64,000 bases of DNA from Candidatus Bathyarchaeota archaeon (GCA_963768425.1 CAVYHV010000010.1:64001-128000); one strand, 5' to 3'; counted from the stretch's first letter, positions 20,014 through 29,737 are shown. Numbers and translations: made by a program. The notes: generated from the letters alone by a model not told the origin.

Positions 20014-20781
20014 TTATTCAGTTTTGCTTGTTTCACCTTTCGACGCTGAATTCCAAATCAGCTCAAAATGACTTTGAATTACGCCAACGAAATAGGCATT
20101 GTCTGACCACAAGTATTTAGCTCTTTGAAAATCAATGGTTGTTCCAAAGAATATTTCTTTCTTGTCTATTATTACCGCCGCGGCTGGAATAGGGGACGTA
20201 GCATACCGTATCTTAAAACATGAGTTCTCGGTAAGAGCCTGAGGGACCTCCAACTGTAACTGTTTGTCTTTAGGGTTTTCCATAAGATATCGAAACCTAA
20301 CACCCCTTCCCGCTGCTTTCTCTAGAACTTCTTCACTTGAAACAATCACTTGTTTGAAAATCCCAGGTGTTATGAACGAATCGACAGCAGTTGACGCATT
20401 ATTGATGGCCTCTTCTATTCTAAGAACACGCGCTTGTCTTTCGGATAGCAAAAGAAATTGAGCCCCTTCTTCATGGTGCACAGTTCCATTGTAGTTATGG
20501 TCTAAATCTTGAAGTAAACTTCTTGTCCTTATTTGTAATTCATCGTATTCGGCAGTCTTACGTTTCATCAATATGTTTAGACTGTTTTTTATAGGAGTGG
20601 CTCTGAACATAACCGGCTTGGTTATCGCTTTCTCACATAAACCCATTTTTTCCAGAATGGACACAACTGTGTAGACATCTTGGCGCGCGACCTTTGACAC
20701 TTGCGAAATCGTTTTGGCGGTTGACATTCCAGAAATTAAAAGAGCTAGGTAAACTTTTGCCTGCCTATGCGATAGCCCCAA
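20014..20781 (-). CDS. TrmB-family transcriptional regulator
   Basis: GLSHRQAKVYLAL, VARQDVY, LWSDN...FELIW; frame stays open upstream of the listed start. Confidence 0.9.
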   Translation of the reverse strand: MGLSHRQAKVYLALLISGMSTAKTISQVSKVARQDVYTVVSILEKMGLCEKAITKPVMFRATPIKNSLNILMKRKTAEYDELQIRTRSLLQDLDHNYNGTVHHEEGAQFLLLSERQARVLRIEEAINNASTAVDSFITPGIFKQVIVSSEEVLEKAAGRGVRFRYLMENPKDKQLQLEVPQALTENSCFKIRYATSPIPAAAVIIDKKEIFFGTTIDFQRAKYLWSDNAYFVGVIQSHFELIWNSASKGETSKTE

Positions 20782-20978
20782 CTGCTTTAGGGTCTGTATG
20801 TGTTCATGTAGAAGCTTGATGTTTTCCAGCTCTTTCAGAGAGATTTAATCCTCCTTCTTTTGCTTGAATTTGCTGATCGGGGCTTTGGTATTTGTCCCTC
20901 GGACTTCGTGCTACACATAATTAAATGTAAGTAACGAATTATATTTTTCCCCTAATAGGTTTCTGGAGAGTTTTAGAC

Positions 20979-21368
20979 ATGACAAAACCTCTCAATCTGA
21001 ACAAGTTAGCTATTGGGAAATCAACCGAAGAAAAAATTTTAGCGCCGGTTCCATATACCAATGGTTTTCATTTCTTTACAAACACAGGCCAATACACAGG
21101 AGAAACCGCTGTTAGTTTGGCAACCTTCGCCAAAGAAGTTGAAGTCGCACCAATTGAGTCGATTGATTTTCATTTCAAAAGGGCTGACTTTCAAAAGTGG
21201 ATATCAGAAACTGTTGGAGACGCTGAATTGGCAACAGCAATCGGACAAATTGAAAAAGAACTTAATGGAGAGCCGTTGAGAAGAAGAATTCTCAAGATCG
21301 TGAATGAACGCGTAAGTGAACTTGAGAGGCAAATTCAACATGCAAGCATCCCGGGTAGCAAGAAATAA
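20979..21368 (+). CDS. DUF5752-like protein
   Basis: GFHFFT...SIDFHFKRADFQKWISETVGDAELA motif. Confidence 0.75.
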   Translation: MTKPLNLNKLAIGKSTEEKILAPVPYTNGFHFFTNTGQYTGETAVSLATFAKEVEVAPIESIDFHFKRADFQKWISETVGDAELATAIGQIEKELNGEPLRRRILKIVNERVSELERQIQHASIPGSKK

Positions 21369-21381
21369 CTAATCAAACAGG

Positions 21382-21984
21382 TTGGCGATTTTTATGGTGG
21401 TGGCTTTTGATTTTCTGGATGTTATGGCGTGGGATGTTTCTCTAAGCGCGTTCTTATTATGCATGGGAGCGATTATGCTTCGTTACAAGGTTCAATCAGG
21501 TTTAATTGATGAAAACACTGGAAATTCAGGAAAGGGATTCGCAATCGCTGCAGGAGCAGCGGGATCTTACCTGTTTCTGTCAGGCATGGTAATCAGTTTC
21601 AAGTGGGTCTTCGCTCTTTCAGGCGGAGTGTACAATGTACTCTTCGGCGGAATTGCTACGCTTGGGGGGTTGGTGCTTTTGACGGGCGCAATCGCGTTAT
21701 TCTTGAATGTCAACCTGAAACCTGTTTCTTACTTCGCCGCTGTGGTAGGCTTGTACGCTTTTGTAGATGCATATTCTATGTTAAAATACAGCCTTACCTC
21801 CAATCCGTTGCTTTCCGCCTTAGGATACATGTCTTTCGCTGCCCCTGCACTTCTATCTGTCCCCGCAACTCATCTGGAAAATAAGTGGTGGAAATGGCTC
21901 TTCGTGATATTCTCTCTGTTGTTTGCAATCGCATGGCTCTACCAAGCAGCTAACTTCACATACGCGCATCTAAACCCCTCATAA
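21382..21984 (+). CDS. DUF981-like membrane protein
   Basis: About 6 TM helices, G.YNVLFG motif. Confidence 0.7.
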   Translation: MAIFMVVAFDFLDVMAWDVSLSAFLLCMGAIMLRYKVQSGLIDENTGNSGKGFAIAAGAAGSYLFLSGMVISFKWVFALSGGVYNVLFGGIATLGGLVLLTGAIALFLNVNLKPVSYFAAVVGLYAFVDAYSMLKYSLTSNPLLSALGYMSFAAPALLSVPATHLENKWWKWLFVIFSLLFAIAWLYQAANFTYAHLNPS

Positions 21985-22129
21985 GCCTGTTGGAAAAAAT
22001 GGAAATGAAACAAGAAAGAAAAGTTAAACGCTGGCGAGAATATTTTTTTGCGCAAAAGATCCTTTTTGGAAAGATTTATGGATTTTTGGGAATGGTAACT
22101 GTGAGTTCTGAAGTGCATCTTTATGGCTA

Positions 22130-23080
22130 GTGACCGATGGCTATCTTGAGTGGAATGAACTGACATATCAAACGTATTTTGATGAAACAAGAAAGGAGAT
22201 GGATTCTGAGATTTCGAGTCTTATCCGAAAAGTCGCGGATCTAAGGCTTCACGACAAAATCGTTTACGTGTTGCAGACTCGGGGAAAACTGTTAAGACCA
22301 ACATTAGTCTTGCTCTGTGGTCAGAGCGTAGGAGCAGACAAAGGGCCTTTGAAAAAGCTGGCTTTGGCCATCGAGTTGTTACATGAAGCTACACTGGTTC
22401 ATGATGATATTCTGGACAACGACAGTTTTAGAAGGAATGCTGTTGCTGTTCATGCTAAATGGGGCGTTAGAGACGCAATTTTGGTCGGGGACGCATTAGC
22501 GGCTCTTTCGCTTAACTTGGCTGCTGAATACGGTAAGGAAATCTCCAAAATAGTTTCGCAGACGTGCCTATTGCTTTGCGACGGGGAGTACATGGATGCT
22601 TCGATGGCTAATGCTGAGTTGTCTGAACGCGATTATTTTGAGAAAATTACTAAGAAGTCTGCCTCCCTCTTTAAGGTAGCAACTCTATGCGGCGCTATCG
22701 CGGGAGGAGGGTCCTCGCTTGAAAAAGATTCTTTGGCAGAATTTGGTGAAAAACTCGGAATAGCATACCAAATCCGGGATGATCTCTCTGATGTAACCAC
22801 ATTAAAAGAAGATTTAGCTCTCAACCTTAATGACTTCCAGACGCTTCCACTAATTCACATGAAAAACGAAGAAAAGGGGTCAAAAATAGAAGAGAATATA
22901 GAGCAAAAAATCATTCCAAAAGAACTCTGCGAACGATTGAAGGATACAGGTTCTCTGAATTATTGTACCAATAAAATTAACGAATACCTCGATGGAGCTG
23001 TTGTCAGCCTAGAATCACTTAAGAGAAGCGTTTACAAAAAGTATTTGGTCGAACTCGCGGAGTCGCTCAGGCACTCTTAA
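22130..23080 (+). CDS. Polyprenyl diphosphate synthase
   Basis: GKLLRP, LVHDDILD (FARM) plus RR, AYQIRDDLSD (SARM). Confidence 0.93.
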   Translation: MTDGYLEWNELTYQTYFDETRKEMDSEISSLIRKVADLRLHDKIVYVLQTRGKLLRPTLVLLCGQSVGADKGPLKKLALAIELLHEATLVHDDILDNDSFRRNAVAVHAKWGVRDAILVGDALAALSLNLAAEYGKEISKIVSQTCLLLCDGEYMDASMANAELSERDYFEKITKKSASLFKVATLCGAIAGGGSSLEKDSLAEFGEKLGIAYQIRDDLSDVTTLKEDLALNLNDFQTLPLIHMKNEEKGSKIEENIEQKIIPKELCERLKDTGSLNYCTNKINEYLDGAVVSLESLKRSVYKKYLVELAESLRHS

Positions 23081-23448
23081 AGGCGGATGTCCGTAATGTC
23101 GCGCAGGTTTATTTTTAGTAGCACAGCTGAAAAGTACGACCTGCAAAAAAGAACTGCTTGCAATCGTACAAACAATGCAGAACCGAACTCAAGCTAGAAC
23201 TCCATATCGATTGAGCCACACGCATTCTTAGCCGTAAAGTTTACTTCTTTTCAGCGCGCGCACTCTGAAAGAAAAGATCTTAATGCTAAAATAGGATTCG
23301 CTCAAATAACAGACTGTGCAAAAACTCAAATTAGATTTTGAAAATTGCGACTTATATGTGAAAATATGTCCTAAATGTCTATTATATTGAATTAAAAATA
23401 GCAATTTTCTGGAAATGAAATTAGTTTTTACACAGTCTCATAATTAGG

Positions 23449-23466
23449 CGAATCCCAGCGGGCCCA
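23449..23466 (+). repeat. Possible tRNA 3'-end fragment CGAATCCCAGCGGGCCCA (acceptor of a GGGCCCG-start tRNA)
   Basis: T-loop/T-stem/acceptor-like sequence in an otherwise AT-rich intergenic region; parent tRNA not in window. Confidence 0.45.
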
Positions 23467-23540
23467 TTAAAAAATTATCTTCTAAGGGAAAGGATTCACT
23501 TAATGCATCGAGCACGACTCTGATTTTCGAACTACTTTAC

Positions 23541-24458
23541 TTAGTTTTGGTCCTTGGTTCTCTCAAGAACTCTTCGAATAGCCGAGACAACACGATCAGG
23601 TCGATCTTCTTGAACAGAGTGTGAAGCATCATCAAGGGTCTCAGTTTCCTGCATCTTGAGAAATCCTTGCCACTTTTTCAGGTCTTTAGGTCCGAAACCG
23701 GGATCGTTCTTTTCCCCCCAGAGGATTTGTGTTGGCAGGTCACTAAGAATCGGGAGTTTTGACTCAATCTCTTTCAGCCACGCGTGTGCTTTTCGGATTT
23801 GCCCCGGGAAAATATAGGTGGGTTTTCTTGAGTTCACCGTCGGGAATGGGTCGGTGTAGGCTTTTCTCAAACTAGGTGTGACCTTTTCTTTGTGAAAAAT
23901 CCCGTCAGGTAACATAGCTTTTGCAAAGTAATTCCGGCGTGTTTGAAGCCAGTATCCAATGGGCCATCCTCCCATCACAAGTGAGAATAGTCTTTGAAGA
24001 AAGGATGCGGGCCATGCCCAAGTGTTCATCACAACAAGGCCGCGAAGGTTGGATCTATTCTGAACTGCATAGTTCATACCGATGGGTCCACCCCAATCTT
24101 GAACCACAAGGACGATGTTCTTTAATTCCAAGCGATGGACCAATTCGAAGACCGCCTCTGATTGTTCTTTGGGTGTAAACCCATATTGAGAAGGTGCTTT
24201 TGACATCCCGAATCCCGGATAATCCAAAGCAATTAAGCGACATTCTCCTCGCAATTCCATGATGATATTTCTGTAAATATATGACCATGTGGGATTTCCG
24301 TGAAGAAGCAGTACGGTGGGTCCTTTTCCTTCATCAACAAAATGAATATACCCATCACGATAGGATAGCCAATTGTCACTAAACGGGTATTCTGAGTCAT
24401 CAACTTCGAATGGCCTTTTCATAGCGTCTAATCCTTCAGTCATAATTTTTAACCTCAC
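23541..24458 (-). CDS. Haloalkane dehalogenase-like alpha/beta hydrolase
   Basis: HGNPTWS, DYPGFG, QDWGG nucleophile elbow, catalytic His region ASHSVQED. Confidence 0.9.
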   Translation of the reverse strand: MRLKIMTEGLDAMKRPFEVDDSEYPFSDNWLSYRDGYIHFVDEGKGPTVLLLHGNPTWSYIYRNIIMELRGECRLIALDYPGFGMSKAPSQYGFTPKEQSEAVFELVHRLELKNIVLVVQDWGGPIGMNYAVQNRSNLRGLVVMNTWAWPASFLQRLFSLVMGGWPIGYWLQTRRNYFAKAMLPDGIFHKEKVTPSLRKAYTDPFPTVNSRKPTYIFPGQIRKAHAWLKEIESKLPILSDLPTQILWGEKNDPGFGPKDLKKWQGFLKMQETETLDDASHSVQEDRPDRVVSAIRRVLERTKDQN

Positions 24459-24801
24459 ACAAACACAGACTGGTTCAGGAGTGAAAACCCGTATTCTCGA
24501 ATTTCTTCGAGTTCGGCTGTTTCCTTTCCCGTCTACTTAGCGATTTCATTCTGCAGACTAAGATAGGGAACTTACGACTATAAATGTTGGCTACATAATG
24601 AAGATATGATTGTTGTTTGCACAATGAATTCTATCGGACCATCAAATATTACCATGGCTCCCCAGTTTACGTTTCCTCCATACTTCACAAACAGGCTTTT
24701 GCAGTTTAGATATTCAACGTCAATAGCGCACTCAATCTCGCCGACTTTCTTGGCCCACAACAAGAGTTTGGTTTTGGACAAGAACCTGTTCAGAACTGCA
24801 A

Positions 24802-24817
24802 CTCGGCGACCGCACCA
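24802..24817 (+). repeat. Exact 16-bp direct repeat of the tRNA-Gly(GCC) 3' end (att or target-site duplication)
   Basis: CTCGGCGACCGCACCA identical to 12679-12694. Confidence 0.85.
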
Positions 24818-24861
24818 ATTCACTTTTTTACAGTTTAAGTGCCGTGAAAAAAGATAAAGAT

Positions 24862-24880
24862 TTTAAACTTTAAAAGTTTT
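24862..24880. repeat. 19-bp palindromic site, copy 1 (TTTAAACTTTAAAAGTTTT)
   Basis: Identical to 26101-26119; core AAACTTT-A-AAAGTTT. Confidence 0.7.
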
Positions 24881-24894
24881 AAGATTTACAATCA

Positions 24895-26073
24895 TCATTG
24901 CTCACGCGTTTTCAACCATTCACCAAAGAGGTTATCGGTCAGCCTATAAACTCCTCTTCCTTTTCTCACGATAATGCCTTTACCGACAAGCAAGTTTAAG
25001 GAAGAGCCGACAGTGTCCTTATCCATGAACTGCTGAGCTGCAATCTCGCTTGGTTTAATACCTGAAAATCGGGAAAGTGCTCTTAGCACCTTAACCTCAG
25101 AGGGTGTTAAGTCATCAACGAATTCCTTGAAAGAAAGCTCGCCCTCTTTTTGAAGAACTGTATTAACCACTCGCGTTATTTTTTCTGAATCAAGATCGTT
25201 TAGTCCCTCCAGTTGGATCTCACTTCCGAGTAGTTGTAAGTTGTAAGGAATGCCACTTGTAATTTGATGAAATTCTTCCAACACAGCTTTATTCGTGGGT
25301 CTCAAGTTCGGCAAATAGTGATGGAGAAACTCTTGTAATTCATATTCTTCGAAGGGTTCAATTTCACGCAAGAGAAGCTGCCTATAGAAGGGTGCACTCT
25401 GTTTGGCCACCAGATTCCTCATTGTCTGGCGGTAAGAACCTGAAATAACAAGCTTTGTATGCTTAAAGTCTTCGTAAAGCGTTCGTATTAACTTGATAAT
25501 GCTGAGGCCAATTTTTTGGTTTTTTGCTCCATATGTAAGCTCTACCATCGAAGGAAACTCGTCAATAATCAGGACAGAGGTCGTTCTGGTCATTTCTCCA
25601 AGATGCTCAATCAGGGAAAAACATCCTGTCAATGCAGCATCCACATCAGTCCCTTCTCTTCTTACAAATGATATTGATAGCTCAAGGTCATTCGCGACTT
25701 TAGCCGATAATTTTAGGCTCTGTAGAAATCGAGCCAGCGCCACTTTACCAGTTGCAAGCAGTTCTTCAAACTTAAATTTGGTTGGCAACCTGTCCTGATA
25801 GGCATTAATTGCAGCTCGATTCAAAACATTAACTAGCTCATCTATTGTGTTGGGTGAGACGCGCCATATCGACATATAAATTATGCGGACTTGTTTGCAT
25901 TCAGCTAACCTACGTTCAACTTCTTTTAGAATACTTGTTTTTCCAACCCTTCGAATTCCTAATAGTGAGAAGCCAATTTTATTTTTGGAAGTTAGCTGTT
26001 TGACTAATTCTGAGGTTATCTTCTTTCTTCCAACAAAATCATCTGCTGTGGCAGGAGTAAGAGTGAAAGCCAT
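24895..26073 (-). CDS. Archaeal P-loop ATPase (STAND/ATPase_2-like) with C-terminal winged helix
   Basis: FVGR, GIRRVGKTS Walker A, LIIDEF Walker B, ISGS, GIPYNLQ; start reassigned to MAFTLTP at 26073. Confidence 0.88.
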   Translation of the reverse strand: MAFTLTPATADDFVGRKKITSELVKQLTSKNKIGFSLLGIRRVGKTSILKEVERRLAECKQVRIIYMSIWRVSPNTIDELVNVLNRAAINAYQDRLPTKFKFEELLATGKVALARFLQSLKLSAKVANDLELSISFVRREGTDVDAALTGCFSLIEHLGEMTRTTSVLIIDEFPSMVELTYGAKNQKIGLSIIKLIRTLYEDFKHTKLVISGSYRQTMRNLVAKQSAPFYRQLLLREIEPFEEYELQEFLHHYLPNLRPTNKAVLEEFHQITSGIPYNLQLLGSEIQLEGLNDLDSEKITRVVNTVLQKEGELSFKEFVDDLTPSEVKVLRALSRFSGIKPSEIAAQQFMDKDTVGSSLNLLVGKGIIVRKGRGVYRLTDNLFGEWLKTREQ

Positions 26074-26100
26074 TTGTTCAACCTTGTAAATATTACAAGG

Positions 26101-26119
26101 TTTAAACTTTAAAAGTTTT
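26101..26119. repeat. 19-bp palindromic site, copy 2, in the ATPase promoter
   Basis: Identical to 24862-24880; 28-46 bp upstream of ATG 26073. Confidence 0.7.
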
Positions 26120-26268
26120 TGCTGGGAAATAAGAGGGGTTGATTGGAGATTTGATAAGTTTGGAACTACAATCAATTGTTGAATTATTTTTTATTGTATT
26201 TTTATTCCCAGTCCTGCCTGTAATCAGAGGTTTTTTCAACCCGACAGGAGAATATGGACTTATCTTGC

Positions 26269-26347
26269 GCGGTTGTCGTCTAATCTGGTTTAGGACATTA
26301 GCCTTCCAAACTAATGTTCCCTAGTCCAAATCCCGGCAACCGCATCA
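26269..26347 (+). pseudogene. Degenerate tRNA-Gly(TCC)
   Basis: Perfect acceptor GCGGTTG/CAACCGC; anticodon arm TTAGC-CTTCCAA-ACTAA with one mismatch; broken T stem and TCCAAAT loop; ends TCA. Confidence 0.82.
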
Positions 26348-26382
26348 CAACCAATCTTTGACCTTTGCTTCTTTCATTTCAT

Positions 26383-27162
26383 TTAGTTGACCACTTTTCT
26401 GAATTGGTATAGGGTGGCGCCGAAAGTGAGAATGGCCATCAACCCGATAACCGCGTAAGCGTACCCAAATGTACTCCAACTCAAACCGCCCTGAACCAGC
26501 CCTCTTGTCACGTTAGAAACATAACTTAGCGGGTTGTAGTCAGATACGGTCCGTGCCCAAGCTGGCATGATGGAAACTGGGAAAAGAGCGCTGCTTACAA
26601 AGAGAAGCGGAAAAACCAAGAGATTACCCACTGCTGACACTGTTTCTGCCTTCCTTGTCTTCAAGCCTACAGCAAGCAAGAGCCCTGACCAAGCAAGACC
26701 GAAAAAGGCAAGAGTTACAAAAATAAGCAAAAGCCCGCCAACCCCCGTTACAATGTTTAACCCCAACAGCAACGCCAACCCAATTATTATGGCAGACTGC
26801 ATAATCAACACCAGCAAATCAGTTGCCAAACGGCCAAGCAAAATTGCTGCCCTGCTAGAAGGAGTTAGAAGTACCTTTGATAGGAAACCGGAATTAAGAT
26901 CATTTACAATAGACATACCTGACTGAAACGCGCCTGTAACAACTGTCAACACTAAGATTCCTGGAGTAAGGTATGTTAGATAGTTCCCCGACGGGCCTAA
27001 GAAAACGGAGAGTTTTTGCAGTAGCTGCGAAAAGAGGAGGAGGAACAGCAATGGTGTGAATAAATTGATGAAAAGAAGTGTGGGATTCCTTATTATTTTT
27101 GTGAAGGCTCTTATGAACAAGGATTGTGTATCATAAAGTAGGGTCATTTTTATTTGCCTCAC
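26383..27162 (-). CDS. ABC-2 type exporter permease (DrrB-like)
   Basis: 6 TM helices, YLTPGIL, SSALFP...MPAW...NPLSY. Confidence 0.92.
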   Translation of the reverse strand: MRQIKMTLLYDTQSLFIRAFTKIIRNPTLLFINLFTPLLFLLLFSQLLQKLSVFLGPSGNYLTYLTPGILVLTVVTGAFQSGMSIVNDLNSGFLSKVLLTPSSRAAILLGRLATDLLVLIMQSAIIIGLALLLGLNIVTGVGGLLLIFVTLAFFGLAWSGLLLAVGLKTRKAETVSAVGNLLVFPLLFVSSALFPVSIMPAWARTVSDYNPLSYVSNVTRGLVQGGLSWSTFGYAYAVIGLMAILTFGATLYQFRKVVN

Positions 27163-28154
27163 ATTAAGAATGCTTCGGTGGTTTTCCTACCGAGTTCTTC
27201 CGGTCTGATTCTTCTGCCAGTATGATGCAAGAAAACATCATCAAGGGTTGGAGAAGACATATTCAAGGAGGTCGGTCGCATATTATTGCGATCCAGTGCC
27301 GTAACTATGTCGGCTATTATCTCGTTTGCATTCTTCGCGTGGACAACAATACCCCCATCAGAATCAGTAACATCAGCAACTCCAGGGACTTCTTGAAGAA
27401 CTCTTTTTGTTTCAGATCTCAAAACTGGGTCTTTTGGGTTCTTAAACGAAAGAGTAATGCTGTCATGTCCGATTGCTTGCTTAAGCTCGGATGGTGACCC
27501 TTTAGCGATAATCTGGCCATGATCGATTATTGCGAGTTGCCGACAAAGTCTGTCTGCTTCCTCCAAATACTGTGTAGTTAAAAATATTGTTATTCCTTCG
27601 TCTCTGTTCAGCTGATCTAAGTAATCCCATATTGTTGCGCGTGATTGAGGATCAAGTCCAGTTGTGGGTTCATCCAGGAAAAGGAGTTTAGGCTTATGGA
27701 TTAATGCAGAGGCCAGATCAAGCCGTTTCTTCATGCCTCCAGAATATCTTCCTGCAGGTTTATCTGCGAATTCTTCAAGTTGCACCATCTTCAACAATTC
27801 ATCTACACGGTTTTCAAGAGGGCTTCCATGCATCTGTTCTAGACGTCCTTGAAGCCGAAGGTTTTCCTTGCCTGTTAGGTCGACGTCAACAATTGTTTCT
27901 TGGCTAAGTACTCCTATGACTTTGCAGATTTCCTTTGGTGACTGGTCTAAATCGTAACCTGCCACTTGGGCGTTGCCTGAGGTTTTTCTTAGGAGCGTGG
28001 TTAGGACTTTGATTGTAGTGCTTTTCCCCGCCCCGTTAGGTCCCAGAAATCCGAAAAACTCGCCTTCTTTGACGTCGAAGGAAATGCCGTCAACTGCTTT
28101 TGTCCCGTCGGGGTAGACTTGGATTAAGTTTTGCACTTTTATTATTTGCCGCAT
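27159..28154 (-). CDS. ABC-2 exporter ATP-binding protein (DrrA-like)
   Basis: [36 protein letters not shown]. Confidence 0.94.
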   Translation of the reverse strand: MRQIIKVQNLIQVYPDGTKAVDGISFDVKEGEFFGFLGPNGAGKSTTIKVLTTLLRKTSGNAQVAGYDLDQSPKEICKVIGVLSQETIVDVDLTGKENLRLQGRLEQMHGSPLENRVDELLKMVQLEEFADKPAGRYSGGMKKRLDLASALIHKPKLLFLDEPTTGLDPQSRATIWDYLDQLNRDEGITIFLTTQYLEEADRLCRQLAIIDHGQIIAKGSPSELKQAIGHDSITLSFKNPKDPVLRSETKRVLQEVPGVADVTDSDGGIVVHAKNANEIIADIVTALDRNNMRPTSLNMSSPTLDDVFLHHTGRRIRPEELGRKTTEAFLM

Positions 28155-28156
28155 AG

Positions 28157-28184
28157 TTAGGTCAGCCTAATTAGGCTGACCTAA
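28157..28184. promoter_or_regulatory. Perfect 28-bp palindromic operator TTAGGTCAGCCTAATTAGGCTGACCTAA
   Basis: Self-complementary over its full length; 2 bp upstream of the ATG at 28154. Confidence 0.75.
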
Positions 28185-28431
28185 GCTAGCGTACATGCAT
28201 AAAAATGTTTCGCCAAAAGCCACAAAACTTCCACACAGAAACACGAAAAAACCGCCAAGACTTTCCCCCCAAAAATGTTTAAACCTGACTAATGATCCCA
28301 GTCCAAATTCCTTTTTCGCATCGCAGCCCTTTTTTCATGTTGAAAAGTGTTTCAAAAAACTGTTTCACTTTTGTTTCAGCGAACTATCTTACTATTCGAA
28401 GCCTATAGTGTGTATTGAGGTGAAAAAGAAC

Positions 28432-28743
28432 ATGAATACCAAACTAATGGTTGCATTGGTCGTGGTTGGAGTGTTAGCTGTCACTGTGGTTGGCTTGGTT
28501 GCAGCGCAGGCAGCTTCAACACAGACGCCTAACGGAACAACGGGAACGGCTCAGAGCGGCGGCTTCTTCGGCTGGATGAGTAGATGCCTTGGATTCAGAG
28601 GAACACAATACTACGGAACTGGAACATCAGCCTATCAAAGTCTACCAGCAAACATAACGGTGACAAACCCAAACACAGGAACAACAACGACCTATCAAGG
28701 ATCCCTCGGCTACGGTGGATGCATGAGAGGACTCTTTCCATAA
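28432..28743 (+). CDS. Small secreted Gly/Thr-rich protein
   Basis: GAGGTG RBS, signal peptide MNTKLMVALVVVGVLAV; start reassigned from 28195; three TGTTTCA boxes upstream (28348, 28361, 28372). Confidence 0.7.
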   Translation: MNTKLMVALVVVGVLAVTVVGLVAAQAASTQTPNGTTGTAQSGGFFGWMSRCLGFRGTQYYGTGTSAYQSLPANITVTNPNTGTTTTYQGSLGYGGCMRGLFP

Positions 28744-28827
28744 TTTTTCTATCTTTATTTTTATTGACTTAGAACTCAATGTTCGGCTAACAAAAGAAAC
28801 AGGAAAGGAAAAAAAGATGGATATTAT

Positions 28828-29265
28828 TTAAACGAACTTTAAGTCAAAGCTTATCGGAACTGCATCGCCCCATGACTGCCGTATTGGGCAAATCTTTTGA
28901 GCCATGCCGTAAACCGTGGTTGCTTTCTTTCTTTCACGCGCGTTGTCAGTTTCTAAACCAACGTTCATATTGAAGTGCACATTTGTGAAAATTAGTTTCT
29001 CCATGCCCTCGACGTTCATCTTAACGTTTGCCATAGTTTCAAGACATTTAAGACCTAGTTGACTGTTTTTTGCTATCAATAGAAACAACGTGTTTATGCA
29101 CGAAGCCAATGCGGCTGCAAAAATGTCTTCGGGTACGCAGTAGCCTTCTTTTCCTCCAAATGATGGCGGTGGACTAACGGTTACAAGTTTTTTGCCTTTA
29201 ATGGAGAGTTCGCATTCGGTTGCTCCTTTCCATGTGGCTGTTCCTTCAAAATTCATTTCTGGCAT
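28828..29265 (-). CDS. OsmC/Ohr family protein
   Basis: FGG....PEDIFAAALASC and KICPI cysteines. Confidence 0.88.
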   Translation of the reverse strand: MPEMNFEGTATWKGATECELSIKGKKLVTVSPPPSFGGKEGYCVPEDIFAAALASCINTLFLLIAKNSQLGLKCLETMANVKMNVEGMEKLIFTNVHFNMNVGLETDNARERKKATTVYGMAQKICPIRQSWGDAVPISFDLKFV

Positions 29266-29290
29266 AAAATCACCTTTTTAAATTCTCCTA

Positions 29291-29737
29291 TTAAGCTTTT
29301 ATTTCGTAAACCATGTCACAGTCCCCTGTTGGACCTGGCTTTCGAATTTCCTTTAGACGAACATTACGAATTTTCAAGTTTTCGTTGACTGCACCCACGG
29401 GGAACATTGATATTGCACAAGCTGGCGTTATTCCGTGTCGTTCTTTTACGAGTTTGCCGTGGCAGATGTAGCATCCTCTAAACTTCAAAATGTATTCTTG
29501 GCTCTGTTTCTCAAAGCTGATGGCCTTGGCCAGTTTTAGGTCATTTTGCAAGCAGTTAGCAATTTTTGCCATCAAGTCTTCGGATGTTTGTGCCGTTGGA
29601 ATCGTTTTAGCCCAAGTCCTTCCCTGCGTCATACTTGCCTTAGCAAACACTTTTTGATTGTCTTCGCCTAGAGCTCCCTGAATTGAGCATAGAACTTCTA
29701 AGACAGGTCTTTGAGGAATCATTTTTTCTTCGGACAT
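29291..29737 (-). CDS. Cys-rich hypothetical protein, V4R/methanogen-output-like
   Basis: GCYICH, PAC, DCDMVYEI pattern. Confidence 0.6.
   Translation of the reverse strand: MSEEKMIPQRPVLEVLCSIQGALGEDNQKVFAKASMTQGRTWAKTIPTAQTSEDLMAKIANCLQNDLKLAKAISFEKQSQEYILKFRGCYICHGKLVKERHGITPACAISMFPVGAVNENLKIRNVRLKEIRKPGPTGDCDMVYEIKA

Noticed and set aside
24578-24857. Short ORFs spanning the 16-bp att-like repeat
   Set aside because: No recognisable domain; possibly a gene remnant but unsupported
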